Below, piece by piece: positions 28,181 through 38,856 of a DNA stretch of 64,000 nt. The notes beneath the pieces were generated by a model that did no database searches, had not been told where the DNA came from, and saw nothing but the letters and a program-made list of their open reading frames with translations. The DNA lies in the NCBI GenBank assembly GCA_965601925.1, contig OZ271854.1, positions 2,432,001 to 2,496,000 of the forward strand. Reading direction: 5' to 3'. The position numbers and the translations under genes are program-made. Positions within the stretch are counted from its first letter, which is position 1. The number at the start of each line of letters is the position of its first letter. The stretch is from Alkalispirochaeta sp. (GTDB lineage: Bacteria > Spirochaetota > Spirochaetia > DSM-27196 > Alkalispirochaetaceae).

Positions 28181-29989
28181 CTAATCGTTGATCGGCTTGT
28201 CGCGTCCCGCCTCGAGCGGATTTTTTGCTTCGTACGGAGAGAGGTAGATCCGCGGCTTGGGTCTCACCACGAGCTCCTCGCACACTCGCGCCGTCCGCAG
28301 CAAGAGCGCCTCATGCCAGTGGCGCGCCATAAACTGCAACCCGACCGGCACCTGGGAATACACCGTGCCGTCCTCATCTTTCTCCTCGACGGTGTGCCAG
28401 AAATGGCGGCTTCTGGCCGTGATGAAACCGGCGGGGACGGTTACCGCCGGGTATCCCAGCATGTTGGCCGGTATCGCGAAACGCGTCGTTTCGGTCAAAG
28501 AGTGGAGATCCGACACGCCGGACAACAGGCGCTCGCGATTGAGGCGCGGCGGCAGGTTGGCCGTCGTCGGGGTTGCGATGAGATCCACGGAGTCGAAGAC
28601 GGCCTCGAAGTGTGTAAAGAGGCGCGTGCGAATTTGTTGCGCCTTGATGTAGTCGGTGGTGGTGATGTAACGCGCAAGGGCAAGGTTGACCCGCGTTTCG
28701 CTCCCGAAGTCGCTCCGGTGATCGGCGTAGTATCGGTCCATCGCCGAACGCATTTCGGAGGTGATGGTAATGAGATGCGCGACTCGCAGCGCCTCCAGAT
28801 CGGGGATCTCCACGTGAACGAGAACGGCTCCCTTGTCCTGTAACGCCCGTAGGAACTCGCGCGCGGTCTGGACGACCTCCTTGCGGGCGTGGTCGAACCA
28901 CTTGTCGAATACGCCGATCCTCAATCCCTCGACTCCTTCGAGGAAGCCGTCGAGTGTGGGGAGAGGCTGCGCAACTGAGTGGGGGTCCGCCGGATCGGGG
29001 CCGGCCATCGTCATATAGGCGAGGGCGAGGTCGCGCGCGTTGCCCGCGATGGGACCCGCGTTGGCGACGGTGCGCGCCAGGGGAAACTCACCGCGCGCGC
29101 CGTGGCGTCCCCACGTCATCTTGAGGCCGAATACGCCGCAGTACGCCGAGGGAATGCGTACCGAACCGCCGCCGTCGGCGCCGATCGCAATCGGACAGAT
29201 ACCCGACGCCACCGCGCCGGCGCTTCCCGACGACGAGCCGCCGGGATATCGCCACGGCGCATACGGATTGACCGGCGTGCCGTGAAACGGATTGAGACCC
29301 GTTACTCCCATGCCGATCTCGTGCATGTTGGTCTTGCCGAGAATCAGCGCCCCGGCCTCCCGTAGGCGCGCAACGATCCACGCGTCCTCGTCGGCCCGCT
29401 CGGTACTGAGAAAGCTCGTTCCCAACGACGTACAGTGACCCGCCACGTCGAACTCATCTTTCACGGCGATCGGTACGCCCTCGAAGATCGAGCGTGCCGT
29501 TCCCTCGCCGAGGCGACGGACCGACTCCGCCGCCTGATGGCGAATCTCATCGGCGTTCCAACTCACAAACGCGTACAACGGCGGGTTGCCGCGATCCTGA
29601 TGTTCCAGGACGTGGATGACCCGCTCGGCGACCGTCTCGGGAGAGAGCGACCCGTCACGATAGGAGCGTGCGTAGTCGGCGACCGACGGAAAGACGTAGC
29701 TGTCCGGTGGACGATACGTCGTGCCGATATGCTCGAGAATCTCCACATCCGGCGCGGGAGCGGGCTCGGCGGCGACCGCTCGCTCCGTTCCGACGGGAGT
29801 CGAGCTCGGGGGATACCACGTCGCCGGCTCCGAGGGCGTGCGCTCACGAAACCGGTCAACCGCCACACGACGCAGAAAGGAGGGTGCCAGCATCCTCCCG
29901 GTCACGCGATGCTCCATCAACCAAGCCAGAAACAACAGGCGCGCCCCTTCGATTCGCGGCGCATGAATCGTCTTGAGGTCATATATCAT
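28181..29989 (-). CDS. amidase-signature enzyme, fatty acid amide hydrolase-like
   Basis: GVPIAVKD, GKTNMHE.G, GGSSSGS and GADGGGSVRIP; extended N-terminus YDLKTIHAPRIEG. Confidence 0.88.
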   Translation of the reverse strand: MIYDLKTIHAPRIEGARLLFLAWLMEHRVTGRMLAPSFLRRVAVDRFRERTPSEPATWYPPSSTPVGTERAVAAEPAPAPDVEILEHIGTTYRPPDSYVFPSVADYARSYRDGSLSPETVAERVIHVLEHQDRGNPPLYAFVSWNADEIRHQAAESVRRLGEGTARSIFEGVPIAVKDEFDVAGHCTSLGTSFLSTERADEDAWIVARLREAGALILGKTNMHEIGMGVTGLNPFHGTPVNPYAPWRYPGGSSSGSAGAVASGICPIAIGADGGGSVRIPSAYCGVFGLKMTWGRHGARGEFPLARTVANAGPIAGNARDLALAYMTMAGPDPADPHSVAQPLPTLDGFLEGVEGLRIGVFDKWFDHARKEVVQTAREFLRALQDKGAVLVHVEIPDLEALRVAHLITITSEMRSAMDRYYADHRSDFGSETRVNLALARYITTTDYIKAQQIRTRLFTHFEAVFDSVDLIATPTTANLPPRLNRERLLSGVSDLHSLTETTRFAIPANMLGYPAVTVPAGFITARSRHFWHTVEEKDEDGTVYSQVPVGLQFMARHWHEALLLRTARVCEELVVRPKPRIYLSPYEAKNPLEAGRDKPIND

Positions 29990-30097
29990 GCGAATCCCCC
30001 GCTCCATTATTGGCCAGGGTTTGCCGGAAGACAAGCGGGTTCCCCGCGCATCGACGCGAAAAAGGTCCTCTTTCCGCCCCCCTTCCCGTACGCGGAT

Positions 30098-31336
30098 TTA
30101 CTCCCGGTATGCGATGTCCACGCAGAGGATCAGCTCGCGACCGGCAGAGGAACGAATGCGACGGGACCACGTCCGACACAGCGAGCCGGTCGCCAACGAG
30201 AGGTAGGGTTCGGTGACGTATCGACGATGGCCGAGGGCGAGCGGCGCGTACACGTAGTCCTTCAAGCTGTGGTCGGTACCCTTTTCGGCCGGTTGGAAGA
30301 TCGCGTGTCGTTGCACCGGACGTTGCGTGTGACGCGTCACGATCGTGCGAGTGATTTGCACTCCCCGATCATCGATCACGTAGATGCATTCGAACGTATC
30401 GTACCGATCCGCCTCCCGTTCGGCTACACGCTCGATATCGCCGTCCTCGGCGCGCTCAAGACGCTCGGCCAACGCCTCCACCTCCTCTTCCACCGCCCGG
30501 CTCGATGCGTTGAGCGAGGAGAGCCGCTCTCTAAGATCGGTGCCCAACTGCGAGAGGCTCCCATACGCCGGCTCTCGCCGTTGCGCCTCGGTAACGGTGG
30601 GTTGAGGCCGCCCGAGAAGATACCCCTGGGCCAACTCCACCCCCTCGACGGCGCACGCCAAGAGGTCCTCGTAGACCTCGACACCTTCGGCCAGACTCAG
30701 TGCGCCGATCGTCCGAGCGAGATACGCTATCGATCGCAGGACCGATCGCTTAACGGGATTCTGGGCGGTGCCGGAGACGATCGAGCGATCGATCTTGATA
30801 ATGTCGGGTCGCACGATGGTGACGCGCTCGAGATTCGAGTGTTTCGTCCCGAAGTCGTCCAGACCGATGAGAAATCCCGCTTCCCGGTTACGACGGGCGA
30901 ATCCGGCCAACTCATCTTGGCTCCGTACGCCCGACTCCACAATCTCGATGGCGACGCTTCCTTCGCGGAGTCCGTAGTCACGAATCGTCGACGACAATCG
31001 TCCCGGATCGAGCTGCCCGCTGTCCAGCAACGTCGCCGAAAAGTTGAGAAACAGAACCAAGTCGTCGGTACGTGCCGCGTGGGAAAAGCGCTCGACCGCC
31101 ACCGATCGCGCCTTACGTTCCAACTCCAACAGAAGGCCCTCGTGCCGAGCGTGTTCCAGAAGCGTCTCCGGAGCGAGGATGTCGCCTCGGGAGGTGATCG
31201 GCCGCATCAGCGCCTCGACGCCGACGACGCGACCGGTACGCAGATTGAATACGGGCTGAAAGTAGCTGGTCAGCTCGGCGACGTCGGCTCGGTGCTCAAG
31301 ATCGGATAGGCGGCGATCGGCCTGCGTTTCGTTCAC
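30098..31336 (-). CDS. EAL-domain protein with C-terminal PAS/Cache-like domain (YkuI-like)
   Basis: FQP, VEALMR, FLNFS, IEIVE, LDDFG, IKIDR, AEGVE and QGY; C-terminal CIYVIDDRGVQ...TEPYLS.ATG. Confidence 0.88.
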   Translation of the reverse strand: MNETQADRRLSDLEHRADVAELTSYFQPVFNLRTGRVVGVEALMRPITSRGDILAPETLLEHARHEGLLLELERKARSVAVERFSHAARTDDLVLFLNFSATLLDSGQLDPGRLSSTIRDYGLREGSVAIEIVESGVRSQDELAGFARRNREAGFLIGLDDFGTKHSNLERVTIVRPDIIKIDRSIVSGTAQNPVKRSVLRSIAYLARTIGALSLAEGVEVYEDLLACAVEGVELAQGYLLGRPQPTVTEAQRREPAYGSLSQLGTDLRERLSSLNASSRAVEEEVEALAERLERAEDGDIERVAEREADRYDTFECIYVIDDRGVQITRTIVTRHTQRPVQRHAIFQPAEKGTDHSLKDYVYAPLALGHRRYVTEPYLSLATGSLCRTWSRRIRSSAGRELILCVDIAYRE

Positions 31337-31352
31337 GATTCGATGATGCGAC

Positions 31353-32351
31353 TCACGCGATCACGACGCGGCGGCCGTCACGGAGACTCGTTTGGAGTGC
31401 TTCCATGAGCGCTACGTCGTTCCGCGCCTTCTCGGGAGTATAGCGACCCGGCCGCCGGTCGGCGAGGACAAGGCCGACCTCTTCCCACATGGTGATACTC
31501 TCATTCTTCCACTCGACGCTGTGTACGGATGTCTCGCCGCTTCGGGCATCGATCCGCGTGATCGCGCGGTCGGAGCACTCGAGCGCGCCGGTCGTGCCGT
31601 GAATAACGAACGAGTTACCCTGGCGACCGAGACTCGCCGAATGCGAGAAAGTACCCTGAATACCACCGGGATACTCGATGACCATCGATAAGAGATCTAC
31701 CTCGCCGAACCCTTCTCGGAGCGATCGACCTCGGCCGTAGATCGCCTCGGCGGGGCCGAACAGTTCCTGCATAAGCGCGATCTCGTGGATACCGCCGTCG
31801 AAGAAGTTTCCCAACGGATAGTCGGGCTCGACCCGCCAGCGCGTCTTTCCGTACCCGCCGGTCTGGTCGTCCGTCTCGGCGATGCGTACGTGCAGCGAGC
31901 GCTCGAAACTCACCACCTCGCCGATCTCGTCGGCGTCGATGAGTGACCGCACGGCCCCTATCACGCTCTTGTGAACGTGCTGCTCGAGAATGTAGAGAAC
32001 GCCGTTCATCGTTTTCGCGCATTCCGCAAGTGCGACTGCCTCACCGACATCGCGCGCAACGGGCTTCTCCACCACCGCGTGCTTGCCCGCCTCAAGCGCC
32101 CTCTTCGCCATCGGCGCATTCAGTGCGATCGGCGTCAGGATCACCACCGCCTCGACTCGGGGGTCGGCGATGAGCTCGTCCGCGTCGCTGTAGATGTTCG
32201 CGTGCGGATACGCACTACGCCCGCGATGTTGATTGATCTCCGAGCGCGCCGCTACGGCGCGGACCGCAAAGGTTTCGTGCAAATCGGCGATGATATCGCG
32301 ATGGGTGTGTTCCCAGATGAGCCCCGGTCCGATAATCCCGAGTGAAATCAT
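31353..32351 (-). CDS. Gfo/Idh/MocA family oxidoreductase
   Basis: LGIIGPG, AL.AGKH..VEKP and DGGIH. Confidence 0.88.
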   Translation of the reverse strand: MISLGIIGPGLIWEHTHRDIIADLHETFAVRAVAARSEINQHRGRSAYPHANIYSDADELIADPRVEAVVILTPIALNAPMAKRALEAGKHAVVEKPVARDVGEAVALAECAKTMNGVLYILEQHVHKSVIGAVRSLIDADEIGEVVSFERSLHVRIAETDDQTGGYGKTRWRVEPDYPLGNFFDGGIHEIALMQELFGPAEAIYGRGRSLREGFGEVDLLSMVIEYPGGIQGTFSHSASLGRQGNSFVIHGTTGALECSDRAITRIDARSGETSVHSVEWKNESITMWEEVGLVLADRRPGRYTPEKARNDVALMEALQTSLRDGRRVVIA

Positions 32352-32471
32352 AGCTCTTAGCATACATGGGAGCCGGTTCTATTGCCAACATGGAGAAACG
32401 GCGCGATGTACCCGGCGGACGAAATGCGCGCAAAGCTTGCTGAACCGCACCTTACATTGTACCTTGGAAAT

Positions 32472-34118
32472 GTGACACAAAACGTAACGATTCGCACCAT
32501 CGTCCTCTCCGCACTGGCTCGTTACGCCGACCGCGACGCGTACCGCGTGGTTAACGGTGGAACGTGGACATTTCGACAGATCGGAGCCGCCATCGCCGGT
32601 ATTCAGCGCGTCTTCATCTCTTCCGGCATCGGTCGTGGGGAGAGGGTCGCGTTACTGAGCGAGAGCCAGCCGGCGTGGCCCGCGTCATACCTTGCGATCG
32701 CCTCCTCCGGCTCCGTGGTCGTCCCGATCCTCCCTGAGTTTTCTTCTCAGGACGTGACAGAGATCATTCGTCATTCCGGCAGCCGCCTCCTTTTAATCTC
32801 GCGGCGACAACTTCAGAAGTTCGGTGACGGCGAGATAACGACCGTTGCCGATGTACCCGTCATGATCGTCGAGGATCTTTTCAACGAGGCGGTACAAGAA
32901 GCCGCCGAAGGCGCACCCGATTCCGCCTTCGAATCGCTCCCGGAAATCGGCGGTGACGACGAGGCGGCGATTATCTATACCTCCGGGACGACCGGACATT
33001 CCAAGGGTGTCGTTCTGAGCCACGGCAACATAACCTCCAACGTCGAGGGCGCCGATACGTTCGCCTACGTTCAACCCGGAGAGCGTCTCCTCTCGATTCT
33101 GCCCCTTGCGCACACCTATGAGTGCACCCTCGGTATGCTTCTGCCCTTCTCGCGCGGGGCGTGCGTATCGTACCTCGACCGGCCCGCCTCTCCGACGGTG
33201 CTCTCTCAAGCCTTAGAGGCGGTAAAACCGCATATCATGCTGGCGGTACCGCTATTGATCGAGAAGATCGTCCGAGGACGGGTCGTACCCCAACTCGACA
33301 AACCGCTCGTAAAGGTGTTGCGAAGTATTCCCGGCCTCGGGCGTCTTATCTACCGCGCGGCCGGTCGCAAGCTCGTAGCCGCATTCGGCGGTGCCTTGCG
33401 GTTCTTCGGGATCGGCGGCGCTCCGTTGGCGGCGGATGTGGAGACTATTCTGTATCGTTCCGGTTTTCCCTACGCGATCGGGTACGGTCTTACCGAAACC
33501 TCGCCGCTGATCGCCGGCACCCGGGCGGGCCGCAACTATCCGCGCAGCACCGGTACGCCGACTCCCGGCGTCTCGGTACGCATCCGAGACGGGGAGATCC
33601 AGGCCCGCGGCCCCAATATCATGAAAGGGTACTATCGCGATCCCGAACGCACCGCCGAGGTCATGACCGACGACGGGTGGTTTCGTACCGGCGATCTCGG
33701 CGAGATCGACGGGCGTGGACTCTTGTACGTCAAGGGACGCAGTAAGACCGTAATCCTCGGCAGTAACGGCGAGAACATCTATCCCGAGGCGATCGAGTCG
33801 ATTCTTAACCAGTTTCGGGGCGTCGTGGAATCGTTGGTGGTACAGAACGGTTCGCGCCTGGTCGCGCGCGTCAGGTTGGACTACGAGCTGGCGGAACGTC
33901 ACGCCAAGTCGCTGGCAACCTCAGCGGTAGAGGCGGTGGCAAGCGCCGGCTCGGCCGCGATCGACGCGGCGGGGCAGGCGAGCGCGTATCTGGAAGAGAT
34001 GCGCGTGAAGGTGAACACGAGACTGAGCGCCTTCAGTCGTCTGTCGGATATCATCGAGCAGATCGAACCGTTCGAGAAGACGCCGACGTTCAAAATCAAA
34101 CGATATCTCTACCAATAG
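32472..34118 (+). CDS. long-chain fatty acid-CoA ligase (AMP-binding)
   Basis: YTSGTTGHSKGV.LSH, LPL.HTYE, GYGLTET, GWFRTGDLG and NGENIYPE. Start uncertain. Confidence 0.9.
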   Translation: MTQNVTIRTIVLSALARYADRDAYRVVNGGTWTFRQIGAAIAGIQRVFISSGIGRGERVALLSESQPAWPASYLAIASSGSVVVPILPEFSSQDVTEIIRHSGSRLLLISRRQLQKFGDGEITTVADVPVMIVEDLFNEAVQEAAEGAPDSAFESLPEIGGDDEAAIIYTSGTTGHSKGVVLSHGNITSNVEGADTFAYVQPGERLLSILPLAHTYECTLGMLLPFSRGACVSYLDRPASPTVLSQALEAVKPHIMLAVPLLIEKIVRGRVVPQLDKPLVKVLRSIPGLGRLIYRAAGRKLVAAFGGALRFFGIGGAPLAADVETILYRSGFPYAIGYGLTETSPLIAGTRAGRNYPRSTGTPTPGVSVRIRDGEIQARGPNIMKGYYRDPERTAEVMTDDGWFRTGDLGEIDGRGLLYVKGRSKTVILGSNGENIYPEAIESILNQFRGVVESLVVQNGSRLVARVRLDYELAERHAKSLATSAVEAVASAGSAAIDAAGQASAYLEEMRVKVNTRLSAFSRLSDIIEQIEPFEKTPTFKIKRYLYQ

Positions 34119-34140
34119 CTCGATATTGCGTCTCTGTACA

Positions 34141-34169
34141 TTGACCCCTTTTAGGTGTATAGATATGTT
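34141..34169 (+). promoter_or_regulatory. putative sigma70 promoter of the peptide ABC operon
   Basis: TTGACC, 17 bp, TATGTT, upstream of AGGAGG. Confidence 0.45.
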
Positions 34170-34213
34170 TTCGGCCAGCATATCTATGCACCAGAATAAA
34201 AGGAGGATTGTGT

Positions 34214-35773
34214 ATGACAAAGCGAGTTATGGCTCTTACGGTGCTTATCGCCGTGAGCGCGGCTCTGGTGTTTGCCGGCGGCGGCCAGGAGGGCCCCGCG
34301 CGAGAAAATACCGACCAAATTATCGTGGCGATCGGTGCGGAACCGGGCTCCCTCGATCCGATCGCGATGGCGTCGGCTCCGGCGGCGACGATCGTCGAGC
34401 ACGTTGCCGAATCGCTCATCTATCTTGCTCCCAACGGCGATTTGGTTCCGCGTCTCGTGACGGAGTGGGAGGCGGCCGCCGACAATTTGAGCTGGACGCT
34501 CAGCCTGCGCGAGGGCGTCGTGTTTCATGACGGTACGCCCTTCGACGCCGAGGCGGTTAAGCTTAATCTCGACCGATTTCTCGATCCGGCGAGCGCCGCA
34601 CCCTTTGCTTTTCTGCTGAGTGAAGTGAGTTCGGTCGACGTCGTCGATCAGTACACGGTGCAGCTCAATCTCGAGCGACCCTTCGCCCCGATTATCAGCC
34701 ACTTGTCCCACAGCTTCATCGCGATGCTCTCGCCCACGCAACTCGCGGCGACTCCCGCCGGTGAGACGGTCATGGAACCAGTCGGTACCGGCCCCTACCG
34801 CCTCGCAGAATGGCGACGGGGTGAAGAGGTCGTCATGGAGAGAAACGAGGACTACTACGGCGACGCTCCGGCGATCGGAACTACGATATTCCGTTTCGTG
34901 CCGGAGGATGCGGCGCGCGTCGTGGCGCTGGAGACCGGTGAGGTCGATGTAATCATGAATCTTCCGCCCACCGATGCGTTGCGTCTCGCCGATAATCCCG
35001 ATATCAACGTCGAGTATCCCTCGAGTGTGCGCGTCCTCTACGTCGGCTTCAACGTCACGTCGGGTCCGTTCGCCGATCAGCGCGTACGACAAGCTCTCAA
35101 CTACGCGGTCAACAAAGAGGCGATCGTCAATAACGTGCTACAGGGATCGGGACAAGTCTCTACCGCGCCGATCGTGCCGGCGGTCTTCGGGCACGCCGTC
35201 GCCGGCCCGTACGAGTACGACCCGGCCCGCGCACGCGAGCTGTTGGCCGAGGCGGGATACGCCGACGGGTTCGAGGTGGAGTTTTATCATCCCACCGGTC
35301 GCTATCCCCTCGACGCGACGATCGCCGAGGCGGTACAGGGCATGCTCGCAGAAGTCGGTATTACCGCCAACCTGCAGACGCTCGAGTGGTCGAGCTACCT
35401 GGCCACGATGCGTGTAGCGCCGGAGGACGCCCTGCAGGATATGCACATGTTCGGGTGGGGAACCGTTACGTTGGACGCCGACTACGGACTCTACGCGCTC
35501 TTTCACGGCGCCGAGGCGGCTCCCGCCGGTTGGAACACGACCTACTACGGCGACGAGACGGTGGACGCACTCCTGTCCGAAGCTCGCACGATTCCGGACC
35601 GCGACGAGCGTTCGGCGATTTACGACGAGGCGATCGGCATTATCTGGGAGGACGCTCCGTGGCTCTTCCTCCACGACGTCGGACAAATCAACGGATATCG
35701 GTCCGATATCAGTGGGCTTATTCACCATCCTTTGGAAAACGTCTTCGTCTGGGACGCTTCGTTTGTCCAATAG
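34214..35773 (+). CDS. gsiB: family-5 ABC substrate-binding protein (glutathione/dipeptide, GsiB-like)
   Basis: LREGV.FHDGTPFDAEAVK.NLDR, PVGTGPY, VRQALNYAVNK and GW.TVT.DADYGLY.LF. Confidence 0.75.
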   Translation: MTKRVMALTVLIAVSAALVFAGGGQEGPARENTDQIIVAIGAEPGSLDPIAMASAPAATIVEHVAESLIYLAPNGDLVPRLVTEWEAAADNLSWTLSLREGVVFHDGTPFDAEAVKLNLDRFLDPASAAPFAFLLSEVSSVDVVDQYTVQLNLERPFAPIISHLSHSFIAMLSPTQLAATPAGETVMEPVGTGPYRLAEWRRGEEVVMERNEDYYGDAPAIGTTIFRFVPEDAARVVALETGEVDVIMNLPPTDALRLADNPDINVEYPSSVRVLYVGFNVTSGPFADQRVRQALNYAVNKEAIVNNVLQGSGQVSTAPIVPAVFGHAVAGPYEYDPARARELLAEAGYADGFEVEFYHPTGRYPLDATIAEAVQGMLAEVGITANLQTLEWSSYLATMRVAPEDALQDMHMFGWGTVTLDADYGLYALFHGAEAAPAGWNTTYYGDETVDALLSEARTIPDRDERSAIYDEAIGIIWEDAPWLFLHDVGQINGYRSDISGLIHHPLENVFVWDASFVQ

Positions 35774-35828
35774 CATCCGGCCCTGAATAGTCTTCGCGTC
35801 TCGGACGCGATTCGTTTTATCACACCGC

Positions 35829-35863
35829 GGCGTTCCCGATAGGGAGCGCCCGGTTACTTTTTT
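35829..35863 (+). terminator. hairpin with downstream T-run between SBP and permease genes (partial terminator or stabiliser)
   Basis: GGCGTTCCC-GATA-GGGAGCGCC followed by ...ACTTTTTT. Confidence 0.45.
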
Positions 35864-35875
35864 CAGGAGGGTGCG

Positions 35876-36808
35876 TTGTACCACTATATTGTACGCCGGT
35901 TGTTGTTAACCGTTCCGGTTATGGTCGGCGTCTCCCTATTGGTTTTTTTGATCGTGCGGCTCATTCCCGGCGATCCCGCCACCGCGCTCGCGGGGCCGCA
36001 GGCGACGCCGGAGTTCATCGCGCAGATCGAGGCCCAGTACCACCTCGACAAACCGATACATGTCCAGTACGGGATCTTCTTGCAAGGTATTCTACGTGGT
36101 GATTTGGGTCGTTCGACCTTTAGCCGGCGGCCCGTCGTAACCGAGATTCGTGAACGATTTCCGCGCACCGTGGAGTTGACGCTTGCCGCGATGTTCATCG
36201 CAACTTTGGTCGGTATCCCCGCGGGCATTCTCTCCGCGACGCGGCGTAATTCCTGGTTCGACCATATCGGCATGATCGTGGCCCTCTTCGGAGTGGCGGC
36301 GCCGGTCTTTTGGCTCGCTTTGATGCTGCAGCTTCTTTTTTCCGTTGAGTTAGGTTGGCTTCCCGCCACGGGTCGAGGAAGCTTCATGCATATCATTCTC
36401 CCGGCAGTTACCTTGGGTCTTTCGTCGGCCGGACTCCTTGCGCGGATTACCCGCTCCAGTATGCTTGAGGTACTTCGTATGGAGTACGTGACCACGGCGC
36501 GAGCCAAGGGGCTCGGCGAGCGCGTCGTCGTCTCCCGTCACGCCCTGAAGAACGCGATGATCCCGGTGGTGACCGTGATCGGTCTTCAGTTCGGCATCCT
36601 CCTCGGCGGGGCGGTGTTGACCGAAAGCGTCTTTGCCTGGCCCGGAGTGGGACGCCTGCTTGTCGATTCGATTTTGTCGCGAGACTACCCGGTAGTCCAA
36701 GGGACCGTTCTGCTTTTGTCGCTGACCTTTGTAATGATCAACCTTTTGGTCGACCTTTTTTATGCGGTCCTCGACCCGCGCATCAGTTATCAAGGAGAGT
36801 CCGAATGA
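35876..36808 (+). CDS. peptide ABC transporter permease (DppB/GsiC-like)
   Basis: TTG start after AGGAGG; PGDP, RSSMLEVL..EYV.TARAKGL and RDYPVVQG. Confidence 0.92.
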   Translation: MYHYIVRRLLLTVPVMVGVSLLVFLIVRLIPGDPATALAGPQATPEFIAQIEAQYHLDKPIHVQYGIFLQGILRGDLGRSTFSRRPVVTEIRERFPRTVELTLAAMFIATLVGIPAGILSATRRNSWFDHIGMIVALFGVAAPVFWLALMLQLLFSVELGWLPATGRGSFMHIILPAVTLGLSSAGLLARITRSSMLEVLRMEYVTTARAKGLGERVVVSRHALKNAMIPVVTVIGLQFGILLGGAVLTESVFAWPGVGRLLVDSILSRDYPVVQGTVLLLSLTFVMINLLVDLFYAVLDPRISYQGESE

Positions 36809-37704
36809 GCACGCAGCCGATATACGAACACGAACCGGAGACCGTCGAGGTCGAGGAGCGTTCATCGGAGCTACGGGCCGTCGCTCGCCACCTGTTGCGT
36901 AATCGCTCCGCGGTGTTGGGCCTCATTATCATCGGCGGATTCATCATCGCCGCGGCCGCGGCACCGCTGTTGACCAGATGGGATCCGACGACCGTCGATT
37001 TCGATCGCTACCTTCTCTCGCCGTCTGCCGAGCATCCGCTGGGGACCGACGAGCTGGGGCGCGATTTGCTTGCCCGTCTCCTCTACGGCGCCCGGATCTC
37101 TCTCGGTATCGGGTTGATATCGGTCGGGATCGGCCTCCTATTCGGCGTACCGATCGGCGCGTTCTCCGGGTACTACGGCGGCAAGCTCGATCTTACCGTC
37201 CAACGCCTCATCGATATCATGATCGCCTTCCCGGGAATTCTCCTCGCGATCGTCGTCGTTGCAGTTCTCGGTGTGGGAGTTCAGAACGTCATGATCGCTA
37301 CCGGTATCGCCTCGATTCCCGTCTATGCCCGTTTGGTTCGAGGGAGTTTTCTCTCTCTCAAGCGTAACGCGTTCGTAACTGCGGCAAAGGCGGCGGGAAT
37401 CGGAGATATGCGTATCATCTTCGGTCATATTCTACCCAACTGTTTGGGACCCATTATCGTCCAATCGACCTTTCAGATTGCGACGTCGATTCTCTGGGCG
37501 GCCGGGTTGGGATTTCTCGGTTTGGGAGCGCAACCGCCCATGCCGGAGTGGGGCGCCATTCTCAGTCGCGGTCGTTCCTACATGCGCGCCGCCCATCACC
37601 TCACTACCTTTCCCGGCGTGGCGATCTTTCTCATGGTTCTGGGATTCAACTTGGTTGGTGACGGGTTGCGCGACGCGATCGATCCTAAGTCTCGGGCCCA
37701 ATAA
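36805..37704 (+). CDS. peptide ABC transporter permease (DppC/GsiD-like)
   Basis: [20 protein letters not shown] and GDGLRDA.DP. Confidence 0.92.
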   Translation: MSTQPIYEHEPETVEVEERSSELRAVARHLLRNRSAVLGLIIIGGFIIAAAAAPLLTRWDPTTVDFDRYLLSPSAEHPLGTDELGRDLLARLLYGARISLGIGLISVGIGLLFGVPIGAFSGYYGGKLDLTVQRLIDIMIAFPGILLAIVVVAVLGVGVQNVMIATGIASIPVYARLVRGSFLSLKRNAFVTAAKAAGIGDMRIIFGHILPNCLGPIIVQSTFQIATSILWAAGLGFLGLGAQPPMPEWGAILSRGRSYMRAAHHLTTFPGVAIFLMVLGFNLVGDGLRDAIDPKSRAQ

Positions 37705-37725
37705 CAGTGCAGTACGAGGATACAC

Positions 37726-38856
37726 GTGAACAACATACGTAACAGTGCGACCGAGTCGCCGCATCCGAGTGTCGGCGAGGTCGATGGAGACCCATCGGAC
37801 GACGGCGTGCTCCTACGCATTCGCAACCTACACACTGTCTTTGACACTCCGTCGGGGACCATTTCGGCGGTCGACGGCGCGAGCCTGGACCTGCGCGCCG
37901 GGGAGATCCTCGGGATTGTCGGAGAGTCCGGGTGCGGTAAGACGCAGCTTTCGTTGAGCGTCATGCGCCTGGTACCCTCTCCCCCGGGCAGAATCGCCGG
38001 CGGCGAGATCGTCTTCGGCGGTCGCGATCTGTTGAAGCTCACCGAGCGTGAGATGCGCGATGTCCGAGGGAATGAGATTGCCATGATCTTCCAGGAGCCG
38101 ATGACTTCGCTCAATCCGGTGTACACGATCGGCTATCAACTTATGGAGACGATTCAGTTGCACCAAAAATCGGATCGTAAAGAGGCGCGGGCGAAAGCGA
38201 TCGAGATGCTCCGCCTCGTCGGTATTCCGCGCGCCGAGGAGGTCATCGACGAGTATCCGCACCGCTTCTCCGGCGGGATGCGGCAACGGGCGATGATCGC
38301 CATGGCCTTGAGTTGTCGCCCACGGCTCCTCATCGCAGACGAGCCCACCACCGCCCTCGACGTGACGATCCAAGCGCAGATCCTCGAGTTGATGAAGGAG
38401 CTAAAGGATCAGATCCGTACGGCGATCATGTTCATCACCCACGATCTGGGAGTCATCGCCGAGATGGCGCAGCACGTTGTGGTTATGTATGCCGGGGAGG
38501 TCGTCGAGAAGGCCGACGTCGAGACGCTCTTCAGAAATCCGGCCCATCCGTACACGCGTGGGCTCATCGAGTCGCGACCGACGATCGAGGACGATCACGA
38601 GCGGTTGGGATACATCAAAGGGTCGGTACCGAATCCCGCGCATAAACCGGCCGGCTGTCCTTTTCATCCACGGTGTCCCGACGCGATGGACGTGTGCCGC
38701 TCGGCGATGCCCCCGGTACGCGATTTGCACGATACGGTCGACGATGCCGAGGAGCATCACGTGCGATGTTGGTTGCACGAGCGCGCAGAAGATCGGGAGG
38801 CGGCGCTTTCGGCGGCGCGCGCAACCGCGAACGCGGGAAGCGAGGTGCGGTCGTGA
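37726..38856 (+). CDS. peptide ABC transporter ATP-binding protein (DppD-like)
   Basis: [25 protein letters not shown] and GCPFHPRC. Confidence 0.92.
   Translation: MNNIRNSATESPHPSVGEVDGDPSDDGVLLRIRNLHTVFDTPSGTISAVDGASLDLRAGEILGIVGESGCGKTQLSLSVMRLVPSPPGRIAGGEIVFGGRDLLKLTEREMRDVRGNEIAMIFQEPMTSLNPVYTIGYQLMETIQLHQKSDRKEARAKAIEMLRLVGIPRAEEVIDEYPHRFSGGMRQRAMIAMALSCRPRLLIADEPTTALDVTIQAQILELMKELKDQIRTAIMFITHDLGVIAEMAQHVVVMYAGEVVEKADVETLFRNPAHPYTRGLIESRPTIEDDHERLGYIKGSVPNPAHKPAGCPFHPRCPDAMDVCRSAMPPVRDLHDTVDDAEEHHVRCWLHERAEDREAALSAARATANAGSEVRS

Noticed and set aside
29435..31309. 624-aa plus-strand ORF
   Set aside because: Antisense shadow of the EAL and amidase genes with no motifs; expected in high-GC DNA.
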